From Chrysemys picta bellii (lineage: Eukaryota), in assembly GCF_011386835.1 (NCBI RefSeq), contig NC_088793.1, positions 206,770,001 through 206,834,000 of the forward strand: a stretch of 64,000 bases of DNA, written 5' to 3'. This document shows, one piece after another, positions 11,893-23,031 of the stretch (its first letter is position 1; the number at the start of each line of letters is the position of its first letter). A model generated the notes under the pieces. The model saw only the letters and a list, made by a program, of their open reading frames with translations, made no database searches and was not told where the DNA came from. Position numbers and translations under genes: made by a program.

Positions 11893-12762
11893 GCGCTGGC
11901 GGTGGTGCGGCCCCTGGACGCCCTGCCCCCGGAGCTGCCCCCGGGGGTGGCGGTGCTGCGGGCCCCGGCCCCGCTGGCGGCGCGGCTGCGCGGGGCGGGC
12001 GGGCCGGCGCTGGTGCTGGCGGTGCGGCCCGCGGGCCGGCCCGGGGCCCAGCCGGCGCTGCTGAGCGCGGCGGTGGTGGCGGGCGGGCCGGGCGGGGCCG
12101 AGCTGTGGCTGGGCGGCGGCTGGCGGCGGCGGCTGGGGCTGGCGGCGGGGCGGCGCGTGGCGCTGTGGCCGGTGCGGCGGCCGCCGGCGCTGGGCTGGGC
12201 GCTGCTGGGCGCGGGGCCGGGCCGGCCGGGGGCGGGGCCGGGGCTGGCGCGGCGGGGCGAGGCGCTGCCGGGCCCGGGGCCGCGGCTGCTGGAGGCGCGG
12301 CCGGCGCTGCAGGGGCTGCTGGGCGCGGGGACGCGGCTGGCGCTGACCGAGCTGCGGCCGGAGCGCGGGGCCCCCCCGCCGGGCCCGGGGCCGCCGCCGC
12401 TGGTGTCCCGGTTCGCGCGGGCGGCGGGGGGCCCGGCCCGGCTGCGGGCGCTGCGCGGGGACCCGGCGCCCTGGGGGCTGCCGGCCGAGGCCGGGGCCGG
12501 GGCGGGCGCGGCGCTGTGGGTGACCCGGCGCTGCCTGCGCGGGCTCGGCCTCTTCCAGGGCGAGTGGGTGCGGCTGCGGCGGGAGGGGGAGGGCGAGGCC
12601 GGGCCCGGCGGGGCGCACCTGGCGGCCGTGCTGGCCCTGCATCCCCGCTGGGACTTCCCGCAGGAGCCCTGGGACCCCCCGGAGGGCTCGGCCGTCATCC
12701 CGGCCGCGCTGGCCTTCAACCTGGCCTGCGACCCGCTGGGCGGGAGCCACCTGCTCATCCAG
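11890..12762 (+). CDS. PEX6: Peroxisomal AAA+ ATPase PEX6, exon 1
   Basis: Runs MALAVVRPL...ALAFNLACDPLGGSHLLIQ, like human MALAVLRVL...ALAFNLGCDPL. 873 nt, donor CAG|GTACCG. In-frame upstream ATG at 11860. Confidence 0.9.
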
Positions 12763-13343
12763 GTACCGCGCTGGGCCTCGGCCCTCCAGGGCTTGGCAGA
12801 GCGCGGAGCTGGGGGGCCGGGGGATCCCCAGGGGCCAGCCGGGTGTGGGGTGGGTGCAGGCGCGGCGGGGTGGAGGGGCGCTGGCCAGGTGGCCGGCAGG
12901 GCTGCGGTGGGTGGGTGGCCAGCGATCTCCCAGGGATGGTGTCGATGGAGAAGCGTTTGGGAGGCTGGGTGGGTGGGTGGAGGAAGGTGAGGTACCTCTG
13001 TGGGAAAGGAATGAGCTGGCGGCTGGCTCGCTGGGGAAGCCCTTGGCAAGGCAGGTGTGGGAGTGACAATGGAGAGTGTCTAAAGTCCCAGGTGTAGTTG
13101 ATGCTTCAGCTAGAGTTGGCGGGAGCCCTGTAGTGGCACCACCCTGGTTGCCTTGGGGAGGAGCCGCTGTTGTCTTCCTTCCCTTCAATGGAGACGGTAG
13201 AGTAGGTTTTCAGCAGTGTGTGGGGGGAAGAGGGGTTACTCTGTAGGTTGTTGCCACCTGGAAGTTGAGGACAAGTGGGTCATAACTTCTTAGTGTCGAT
13301 ACAGCCCCATTAAGGCTACACCGGACCATTATTTCCTTTGCAG

Positions 13344-13507
13344 AGGTATGGGGAAGCTCCTGGTATGGAAGAGAGACAAGGAAGTCGGTCCTTGCTATCC
13401 ATACCGCCCTTTGCAAAGGAACTGCACATAGAGATTGTCTCCTCACCAGCCTACAGCACCAGAGGAGTCTATGACACTATTCTCCACCAACACTTCCAAA
13501 CTCCCAG
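13344..13507 (+). CDS. PEX6: PEX6 exon 2
   Basis: RYGE...[19 protein letters not shown]...HFQTP. 164 nt, ttgcAG acceptor and GTTAG donor. Confidence 0.95.
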
Positions 13508-13874
13508 GTTAGCCTTTTGGTAAAGATGACACGTTATTTTTGTCTCTTTAATTGCCCTAGGAAGAAGGGAGCATCTCAATGCCATGCTTCATCGCTGCTT
13601 CTTAAGTTCACAATGAGCAATGCACCTCCAAAGTACCCATTGCACGGTTGACTAAACCCATTAATACTCACTGAGAATGATCACAAACTAACCTGGGAAT
13701 ATTTGGAACATCCCACTGGGGTGCCTGCTTAACTCAGCAAAATAGCCTAGGGCACGTACTGAGAACTGATTTACACTATCAATCCACCCTACTTCCTCCC
13801 CCTGGGATATCCCCCAACCTTGTGCTAAGCTTCCTCAATCTCCTCCTTCAAATCATTCCTCGGTACTCCCTTCT

Positions 13875-14160
13875 GCTGGAGTGTTGTCTGTAACACATGG
13901 GAGGTCATTGTCCCGCTCTGCTCGGCACTGGTGAGGCCGTAGCTGGAGTCCTGTGTCCAGTTCTGGGCGCCACGTTTTAGGAAAGATGCGGATATACTGC
14001 AGAGAATCCAGAGGAGAGCAACAAAAATGATATGAAAAACTGGGCATGTCTGGTCTTGAGAAAAGAAGACTGAATGGGAACCTGATAACAGTCTTCAAAT
14101 ATGCTACGGGCTGTTATACAGAGGACAGTGATCGATTGTTCCCCATGTCCATTGAAGATA
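13875..14160 (+). mobile_element. Decayed CR1 ORF2 fragment
   Basis: Translates to [43 protein letters not shown], with stops and deletions. Confidence 0.75.
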
Positions 14161-14313
14161 GCAACAGAAGTTTCTGGCCCTTTCCAAACATCTTCATTCT
14201 GGGCACTGTTTGTAAAACCAGTATTAAACTTAATTAAAAAAAAATCTGATGAGTAACTGTTTGTTATAAGAACGGCCATGCTGGGTCAGACCCAATATTC
14301 TGTCTTCTGACCG

Positions 14314-14531
14314 GTTTCAGAGTAGCAGCCGTGTTAGTCTGTATCTGCAAAAAGAAGAACAGGAGTACTTGTGGCACCTTAGAGACTAACAAATTTATTA
14401 GAGCATAAGCTTTCGTGGACTACAGCCCACTTCTTCGGATGCGAAGAAGTGGGCTGTAGTCCACGAAAGCTTATGCTCTAATAAATTTGTTAGTCTCTAA
14501 GGTGCCACAAGTACTCCTGTTCTTCTTTTTG
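14314..14531 (-). mobile_element. Penelope-like terminal repeat with inverted duplication (90-bp-arm palindrome)
   Basis: gtttcagagtagcagccgtgttagtctg terminus. Arms 14348-14437 and 14442-14531. TSD-like tcttctgaccg (14303-14313) and tctactgaccg (14532-14542). Confidence 0.8.
14403..14442 (-). ncRNA. Minimal hammerhead-ribozyme-like motif (Penelope-associated)
   Basis: RNA GCAU-CCGAAGAA-GUGGGC-UGUA-GUCCAC-GAAA-GCUU-AUGC: stem I, variant core, 6-bp stem II, GAAA and palindromic AAGCUU stem III. Confidence 0.6.
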
Positions 14532-16220
14532 TCTACTGACCGTGGCCAGTGCCAGATGCTTTGGATGGAATGAATAGAACAGGGTAATTATAGAGTGATT
14601 CCTCCCTTCTTGTCCAGTCCGAGCTTTTGGCAGTCAGAAGTTTAGGGATACCCAGACCATGGGGTTATGTCCCTGACCATTTTAACTAATAGCCACTGAT
14701 GGACCTATCCTCCATGAATTCTTTTTTGAACCTGGTTATACTTTTGGCCTTCACAGCATCCTATGGCAACAAGTTCCACAACTTGACTGTGCATTGTATG
14801 AAAAAGTACTTCCTTATGTTTATTTTAAACCTGCTGACTGTTAATTTAATCACATGACCTCTGGTTCTTGTGTTATGCAAAAGGGTAAATAATGCTTCTC
14901 TATTCACTTTCTCCACCCCAGTCATGATTTTATAGATCTCTAACATATCCCCCCTTAGTTGTCTCTTTTCTAAGACTGAACAATCCCAGCCTCTGTAATC
15001 TCTCCTCATATGGACCCTGTTCTATACCCTGGATCAGTTTTGTTGCCCTTCTCTGAACCTTTTCTAATTCTAATATATCTTTTATGAGATGGGACGACTA
15101 GCACTGCATGCAGTATTCAAGCTATGGACGTACCATGGATTTGTATAGTGGCATTATGATATTTTCTGTCTTATTATTTCTCCCTTATTGGTGTCTAACA
15201 TTATTAGTGTTTTTGGCTGCTGCTGCACATTGAGTAGATGTTTTCAGAGAACTATCCACAATGACTCCAAGATCTCTTTCTTGAGTGGTAACCGCTAACT
15301 TAGACCCATCATTTTGTATGTATAGTTGGGATTATGTTTTCCAATGTGCATTAGTTTTCACTTATCAACATTGAATTTCATCTGCTATTTTGTTGCCCAG
15401 TCACCCAGTTTAGTGAGATCCCTTTGTAACTCTTCACAACCAGCTTTGGACTTAACTATCTTCAGTAATCTGTATCATCTGCAGATTTTGCCAGCTCACT
15501 ATTCACTCCCTTTTCCAGATCATATATGAATATGTTGACCATTACAGGTCCCGGTAGTCTCTCTCTGCATCTGGAGAATTCCCTTACAACACTTCCCTGT
15601 TTGCTGCTTCTGTTTGCTAGCTCTCATGATCTCTCGTGCTCTCTCTCATGTAACACTTCCTTCCCCCCCCACCCCCAATCCCTAACTTTGTCATCATACC
15701 CTCCTAGGATGTCTTATAGGATGTCTACGTTAGACTGTAAATTCAGGAGGGCAGGAGCTCTCACTTTGTCTGTAAGGTGCTGTGCAACCAACCCTATGAT
15801 GCTGAATAGAAAAAAAAGAGAATCGGAGAAATGTCATCTCGTCCAGCCCCCTGCTAAATTTACCTAGATCATCCCTGATGTATGTTTATCTAACCTGTTC
15901 TTAAAATACCAACAATATCTCTATTTCCACACCAAATTCTGCAAACAGGGTAAAGCTGCATTCCCCATGCAGGAGTCCAGATGCGTCCACTCAGGAACCT
16001 GGGAGTGCTAAATCTGGTGTTTTAAGCCAGTTGTCTGATGTTTTAGAGTAGAGAGACACACTTGCTGGGTTTGAATGGCTTTTCCCCCTCCTGCTCAGAT
16101 AAAGATAGCGTGGCTGATGGATTGATTTACTGTTTCTCACTGGTTTAATATTCTGAGGATGTGGAGGACTGCACAACCGAAGAGAGTTGATCATTCACCA
16201 TGGCTGTTGCTTTGTTGCAG

Positions 16221-16304
16221 GTTGGTCCAGGCGGGTGATATCCTGTGTATTCCGACAGCTGGACATCCTGAGTTCTTGGAAGGAAATTCAGAGAAATTTC
16301 TTAG
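16221..16304 (+). CDS. PEX6: PEX6 exon 3
   Basis: LVQAGDILCIPTAGHPEFLEGNSEKFL. 84 nt, AG/GT bounded. Confidence 0.95.
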
Positions 16305-17387
16305 GTATGCAGTGATCTCCCTATGCCTTTTCAGGCAGCTGTTAAAGAACTGCTTTTCCCTTCTGGCTCAGTTGAAGCCTGGTGATAGATTCTTTTCTGA
16401 TCTGTCCCTGGAACTCAGAGTTGGTCTGTTGTTGGGAGTTTTTTTGGATTAAAAGTTTGTGTTGGATTTTAGGTGGGTATGCGGTTACACATCAATTCAG
16501 CAAAGCAGCCCTCTGAGAGCAACTGGTGGGGAAAAGAGGATGCAAGAGGGAGAGAAGCGAAGGAGAGGGAGGAGTGCACTGCAGCTGTTAAGTGACAGAA
16601 AAGCAGATTGAAGTAGATGTTTGGGCTTGTTTAAGTGGGAATATTATAATGGTATAAACTAAGGTGTGAATTTAAACCTCTGGAGTTACACTGGTATATT
16701 TCCCCATGTGGATAATCTTATTCTGGTGCAAGAGGGTCTTTTGGGGGGTTTAATTTATATAGCTGAGTGGCAGATACCACCAATTTGGTTGACTAAACGT
16801 ATCCTCTCTATGCATATGTGCATCATACCTCATTTGAAAGCTTTATTGTGTCTACTTTAAGATGGAGTCTGATCTGAAGCGCTCAAGTTTGTTCCGTTGC
16901 CATAGAAACAGGGATAAACAATGCCATCATCAAAACGTTAAAATGACCACTTGGAAATATTTGCATTAGTTTCTGTTAGTTTAGTGACTCTGTATATTAT
17001 TGCAAGACATAAAAGTGGATTTTTTTTTTTTTTTACCTGAAAGCATCACAACAACTATCTCACAGGTAAAACAAAATCAGTAATAAACGTGTACAGATAT
17101 CATTGAAATGTAATAGTGTTGGTGACGATATCATCATCATCTTGTTCATCATGCTCTCTGTTGAGAGTGCCTGGGTTACCACAGTCTCCACTGCCTTAGC
17201 ACGTACACAGTTCTGTGCAGAGGGGGTGGTTCTGACTACAGATACAGTTGATTGTTTGTGTGTGTGCAGTCGAGTGCTTTTCAGACCAGCCAAGACACTT
17301 TTTTTTTTAAAGGTGGACAAAACAAAACAAGTCTTTGGTGGGGTATTTTTATGCAAAGGATACATATTCTCAGAGCAGACTTGTTTC

Positions 17388-17502
17388 TCAGGTCTGGTCT
17401 ACACTGCAGACCTGTATCGGTATAACTGTGTCGCTCAGGGGTGTGAAATATCCACACCCTGCAGCAATGTAGTTTTACCGACCTAATCCCCATGTGGACA
17501 GC
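17388..17502. mobile_element. Harbinger-type MITE fragment
   Basis: ggtctacact...gctcaggggtgtgaaatatccacaccc...gacctaatccccatgtggacagc. Related copy at about 47780-47940. Confidence 0.5.
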
Positions 17503-17732
17503 GGGATTATTAAGCAACAGAATGTGCAAAACGCTCAAATAATACAGAACGCTTATGGACAGATACTTTCTCACTGTCTGCCAGCTGGGAGGGGACGGGG
17601 GACAGTCTTGTCGTGCCCCCTCCTGTTCTGGTTTATTATGTGTGTAACCAGGGGGCCTAGAGGCCCCAATCGCCTCCTGGTGAGGAAAAGCTCATCTGGC
17701 TGGTGGGATTCAGGCTGCTTCTCCTCCTGTAG

Positions 17733-17835
17733 CTGGCCGGAGCTGTACTTCAAGGTGAAGAAGATTGTAGGAGTGGTGGAAGGAGAGCAGTCTGTGGGGT
17801 ACCTGGCTGACATCCAGAACACGTCGCTGTACCTG
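17733..17835 (+). CDS. PEX6: PEX6 exon 4
   Basis: WPELYFKVKKIVG...YLADIQNTSLYL. 103 nt, donor GTAAGG. Confidence 0.95.
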
Positions 17836-17972
17836 GTAAGGTGTCAGCGGGAGGCCGAGGAGGGTGTACAGGAGATGTGTGAGGCTAAGATCGCACGGCC
17901 AGGATGATGTAGGAACACTGAATGGCCATGGAAGAGGTTCATGGCTCTACTCCCCAGATAGGTGCTTTAGGG

Positions 17973-18286
17973 AAGCAGTTCTCAAACTGTGGGTCAGGAC
18001 CCCAAAGTGGGTCGGGACCCTGTTTTAATGGGGTTGCCAGGGCTGGCGTTAGACTTGCTGTGGCCAAGGACTGAAGCTGAAGCCCGAGCCCCTCTGCCCA
18101 GGGCAACGGGGCTCAGGGTACAGGCCCCCTAGCTGGGACTGAAGCCCTTGGACTTCGGCTTTGGCCCCCTGACCCGGGGCAGCGGGGCTTCGGCAGGCTC
18201 AGGCTTCAGCCCCCCCATCCTGGGGTCAGGCAGTAATTTTTGTTGTCAGAAGGGGGTCGCGGTGCAATGAAGCGTGAGAACCGGTG
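17973..18286. mobile_element. hAT-family MITE
   Basis: Perfect 8-bp TSD ctttaggg at 17965-17972 and 18287-18294. Degenerate TIRs of the CAGTGGTTCTCAA type. Confidence 0.85.
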
Positions 18287-18363
18287 CTTTAGGGGATGCT
18301 GGGTGACTTGAGAAGACATCCCTTCTGAGGTGTGGTTGGAAAGCGTTATTTCCTGCCTTGCAG

Positions 18364-18500
18364 GTGGGTTCAACAAACAGCGCTGTGCCATCTTCCCCAA
18401 GCCGTGGTGGCCATGGGTTTTGGAGCAGTCTGTCTCCCGCCGGGCTCTCTGATGTGGTGAAGCAGCTCTGTGATGCTCTCCGGCCTCATCTGAACAGCAG
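18364..18500 (+). CDS. PEX6: PEX6 exon 5
   Basis: VGSTNSAVP...FWSSLSPAGLSDVVKQLCDALRPHL. 137 nt, donor GTAAGG. Confidence 0.95.
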
Positions 18501-18816
18501 GTAAGGTCACACTGATACAGCGCCCTTGTACTGGGGCGTTCCATCTGCTATGAGGAGGGGCTCCTCAGCGTGGGGCTGTTTTGTGTTGTGGGTTGGTTTT
18601 CGCTCTGCGGCATTACCCAGGACACTGGTTGTCTGTGGCGAGAGCTGCAGGTGTTTGGATCCCATGGTTTCTGAGGGGTCTTTGCTTGCAGAGGTGCTGG
18701 GATTTGGCGTAGAGTCTCTCTGGTGCTGGAGTCTCACTGCAGCGGTAATAAAATGCCAGTGAGTGAGCGGGGACCCACACGCTCTGGTGACAAGGATAGG
18801 TTCCTTTGTGTTCCAG

Positions 18817-18928
18817 GGGGACCGCGCTACGTGGAACAGGCAGCATTCTACTGGCGGGACCCAGTGGTGGGGGGAAACTGACGGCTGTCAGAGCTGCATG
18901 TAGCTGCCTCAATCTCCACTTGTTCAAG
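18817..18928 (+). CDS. PEX6: PEX6 exon 6 (D1 Walker A region)
   Basis: GSILLAGPSGGGKLTAVRAACSCLNLHLFK. 112 nt, donor GTAATT. Confidence 0.95.
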
Positions 18929-19299
18929 GTAATTCTTTTAGTTGAGTTGCATGTTGGGGATCAGTTGGTTGGGGGACTTATCCCGTGTAGAGAATTCCAG
19001 GAGTTTTCTCCAACACAGGCGCTGAGCTACAAATAAGCAAGTGAAATAACACCAAAGAGCCACTTCCTCTCCCCCAGAGGCTGTCTCCTCTGCACTTGGT
19101 CCTAGCAACTCCACCCCATGTTCTCTCCCTTCTCTCTATTTCCTGTGCAGTTGGTTTCCTTGGTGCCCTACCCCCCACTCCATGGATGTGTGCACATCTC
19201 CCTCACCCTGCTTCCTCTCCGGAACTGAGATTGCAACAAAGTTTCCATTATAATTTGGCTGAGTTTGGTATGCCACCACAATCTGTGTTTGATTTTATA

Positions 19300-20420
19300 T
19301 TAGTAAAAGCTCCTGTTCCAAACTCTAGGTGCCTGAACATTTTATTAATCTCTCTCTCTCTGCCTCGAGACCATCTGCTACTTCTGGGTAAACTTCAGTT
19401 CAAATCCCTTCCATTTTAAATGGGGTTACAGGTTTTTTCTTCAGTCACAATAGATACTCAAAATGGGGAAAACTCCCTCCTTCCTTAGTTTTCGAAGACT
19501 GGGGTTTTCTTTTCAGTTTCAAGCTGTTCCCATCGTTTCGATGGTTCCTCGTTGTTTTTTCCTGGCATGGACAATGGCTGCTTGCTCAAAGCCAGTCTCC
19601 CCTGCTTGGTATGGTAGCCCGTCCTGCTGTCTGCTTCACCCCCCTGTTGTGAGGTGATGCTAAAGTCGTACCACAATTTGAGTACATTTTTCGATATACA
19701 CAAACATACATTCATAACCCCAGGCTGCGGGAGTACTCCACCTTCATATGCAGTTGGTGCAGGGAGGGTTTGATCTCTCTCTTCGTCACCCAGGTTTTCA
19801 CCAGCACCTCCTACACTGCCCCATTGTACAAAACCGGCTTAGTTACCCCCCCCTTTCCTCCCTTCTCTCTCCTGGAGAGAATATGCACCCCTTTACACCG
19901 ACACTCCAGTTCTGAGTCACTCCAGTGGGATTCAGTTACGCCCACTTGGCTGTAATCACCATAATTTAGCAATAATAACTTCTCCTCCATGGTCCGTAGT
20001 GCATTTCTGTTCTCTGCCACCCCCACACCTGGTCTGCCTCTTCTCTTGCAGAACAGCTCCATTTTCTCTTTAAATGGGAAATACATCCCAGGTTACTTGT
20101 GTTAAATGGAAGCCTCCCCCCCCTGGAAGCCTGCCCAGCACTCAGAACTGCAGCCTGTTAGCTCTGACCCCAGACTTGTGTAGCCCTGTCTCTGTAAGTG
20201 GAGACTGCCTGATCTGCTGAGTTTCTTCTGATGCTCCATGAATTGGACGCCCTGCTCCCAACACCAACAGCTGGGCTTCACTCACACGTGGCATGGGAAG
20301 GACATCTGAGAGGATCGCCTGCATCAACCTCCATCTTCAGCTTTTTCCCAGGTCCCAGGTGATCTGTTGAATTTCCTTCCCTTACACCGTTTGTTCCTAT
20401 GTGAATGGAGTTAGTGGAAA
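19300..20420 (-). mobile_element. Old CR1 remnant around the ORF1/ORF2 (endonuclease) junction
   Basis: NALRTMEEKLLLL...VGVTESHWSDS...RREKGGKGG resembles the CR1 APE endonuclease, and ILSDVLPMPR resembles CR1 ORF1. Boundaries approximate. Confidence 0.5.
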
Positions 20421-20499
20421 TTTCCAGTGTTCTTCAGGGCATGCTGGGTCCTTCTTGCAGACCCTTTCTCTTGGCACCTTCAAGCTGCGTTTCCCACTG

Positions 20500-21340
20500 T
20501 GGAGTTGTTACCCACACACTCTAGGGCACCCACCTTTACCCTTCCGTGGGCTCAGGGCGTAACCTGGTTAATTTAGACACCCCCACCCTTTCCTAGGTCC
20601 TAGGGCTCAGGGCCACTCTTACCCAGTTCTTAGGGCTCAGGGCGTAATCTTTGGCGGGTTTGCGGGGCCTTTTACCAGTGAACGAGCCTTACGCAGTAAT
20701 ATCCTTAACCTCTGTTTATTAACAGTTACCAGACAGAATACACACGCTAAGCATACAATGCGCACCGCTGCCAATACGGCAGATGAACCTTTCCTGGTGG
20801 CCAGTCAGGATCAGGTTGTCCTGGGCTCCTCCAGCTTCTGCGCAGTGTGGTTGGCAGCGTGTTGAGGTCTGGCAGCTCTGATCTTGGAGCTGTGTCCTGG
20901 AGTTCCTTTTGGACCCCAGTTTATACAGTGAGTGAAAGTTGGGTTCTGCTTAGCTGTCCCGTAACCAATCATTGTAAACTGAAGTCCTACAAACCGGTAT
21001 GTCCCCCCAGTCCTAGCCTATTACAAAACAATTCTTTAACCAATCCCATCCCACCATCTTAGTTGATTTAAATATTGTAAAAATTTAGTTACGCAACAAA
21101 CAGAACCAATGAAAGAACGAGACCGACCCTACAGATAAACCATAGAGAAGTGGGGACCGTAAAGGCCAAACAATAGAAGTAGAGATTTCACAATCACAGC
21201 GGTTGATCAGTGATTCCTTGTCAGACAGAATGCTGTCAAACTAAGTTTTTTTTAACCATCTTAACACCTGGTTCTTTCTCTGCTGGTGGTGGGGGCTATT
21301 AGGACAGGAGCCTTCGTAACAGCCCGATAGTACATTGTTT
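20500..21340. mobile_element. Possible solo LTR
   Basis: LTR-like composition with internal short duplications (ggctcagggcgtaa) and taaccaatc motifs. Termini not resolved. Confidence 0.3.
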
Positions 21341-21911
21341 TGATGCAGTTTAGATGGAAGGTGAGGATGCTGCTGCTGCTTGCTGTAGAAAAAGGCCTCA
21401 GACCTTACAGAGTCACCCAGCGAGGTCACTGGTTTCCTCTCCCTCCCTGGTGGCTCCTTTCAGTGTTTGCCGTTTGGTCAGTGGCTGGGCCTCTGTCCAC
21501 CTCTCGTCTTTTCTGCCTGCTCCTTCTCCTTTCCCCAGACCTGCTGTGGGTGTGTTGGCCAAATGGCTCCAGATACCTTTCCCTCTGCTCTTCGTACTGC
21601 CTCTCCCAGCTGCCACGTTCCTCCACCCTCCTGGGCCTCCCCCACAGCTCTCCCATCTGTGATTTGACTGTACCCCCTTCGCACACCTTCTGCCTGGGCC
21701 TCAGTGGCCGTTCTGTGTCCCAGGCGCTGCCTCTTCTCTCTGGTGCTGGCCCTGGGCTTACCCTGCCAGTATCCAGCTCTGTCAGCTCCTCGCTGTGAAT
21801 TTCTTATGGAGAACTCATGTTTGCCCCTTTGTTCCTCTCTGCAGGGTCTGCCCCCTCGCCTCAGCAGAGCAGCCCTCTACAATCTCTGTGTTCTCGGTTG
21901 GTTTCCTGCAG

Positions 21912-22120
21912 GTGGACTGCGTTAGTTTGTGTGGAGACACTAGTGGCGCTACGGAGATGAAGCTGCAATCTGCCTTTGCGCAGGCTGAGCTCTTCCGGCC
22001 GTGTGTGCTCCTCCTGAAGGACATCGAGCTGCTGGGACGAGACCGGGACGGGCTGGGAGAGGACTCCAGAGTCACTGCTACACTAAGGCACCTCCTCCTG
22101 GACAGAGATGCGGGATCTAG
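21912..22120 (+). CDS. PEX6: PEX6 exon 7
   Basis: VDCVSLC...[15 protein letters not shown]...RHLLL. 209 nt, AG/GT bounded. Confidence 0.96.
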
Positions 22121-22835
22121 GTAGGGACCCACCCTGGACACTGCTAGCTTGCACCCGAGGCCCTTCCCCTCTCTGCCTCGGGAATCCCTGGGCAACAACC
22201 TCTGCAATGTCTAGGCACTAGCTTCCAGAACATCCCACTGGGCTTTGGGGTAATTTCCCAGGCTTGCTCAGTTTATTTCAAAAAGCCTCCAGGGTTTGCC
22301 AGCGGAGCAGCCCTGACGTGTGGGGAATTAGAAGATTTGGCCTCTGGGGCCGAGAGGATCTTGTTTTAGTTCCCTGGGTTGGCTCCGATGAGACATTAAA
22401 GCAGATGTAGTGTATCTGGGGTGAGGCAAAGCCAGAGCTGCAGGATATGATGGAAAGCTGGAGCAATGGGACGCTTGTGAGATTGGCGGCAGATAACAGG
22501 AGCTGTGGGGCATAGCACAAGGACAGAAGGCGGGGAGGGAAGATGTGATGTCACTGGTGGGGGTCCCTGTGGCTTGTGGGGGGACCTTGCAGGCGCCTGG
22601 GGGCAGAGTGGTGTAGGGTTGACCTGGGCAGGTGGAGTAGAAGTAGTCTCCCAAGCTGTACTCAGAACTGCAGCTCTGCCCGGCACGATGAGGCACCTCT
22701 TGCAGCAGATTGTGCTGACATGCAAACATACCCGTGCGTGGCAGAGGAGCATTGTGTGGGGATGGTGGCTGTTGTGTGCGGGTTCTCTGCTGTGTGCCTG
22801 ACGGCTCTTGTTTCTCCGGTGTGTTTGTGTCTCAG

Positions 22836-23031
22836 CGGTTACCCTGTCCTGGTGGTTGCCACCACATGCCGGCCTCAGGACGTCCTGGCAGACGTGCAGA
22901 CAGCTTTCCTCCACGAGGTGACGGTCCAAGCCCCATCGGAAGAGCAGCGGAAGGCCATGCTGAGCACGCTCACTGCCAGCCTTCCGTTGGGCAAGGAAGT
23001 GAGCCTGGCCAAACTAGCGCGGAGAAGTGCG
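22836..23031 (+). CDS. PEX6: PEX6 exon 8
   Basis: [10 protein letters not shown]...DVQTAFLHE...LARRSA. 196 nt, donor GTGAGT. Confidence 0.96.

Larger units (their letters stand above)
14266..15525 (-). mobile_element. CR1 LINE 3' fragment interrupted by a Penelope-like insertion
   Basis: ORF 14761-15009 (LEKRQLRGDMLEIYKIMTG...RKYFFIQCTVKLWNLLP). The 3' UTR is split at 14313/14532. Confidence 0.85.

Noticed and set aside
11461-13188. Long ORFs overlapping PEX6 exon 1 (575 aa and 433 aa on minus, 446 aa on plus)
   Set aside because: The extremely GC-rich exon plus tandem array has few stop codons. Products are low-complexity Ala/Gly/Pro/Arg with no recognisable domain.
17031-17071. Possible 22-nt microexon (17044-17065) and 9-bp inverted repeat in PEX6 intron 3
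   Set aside because: The acceptor is a weak AAG separated from the T tract, and such short matches are expected by chance.
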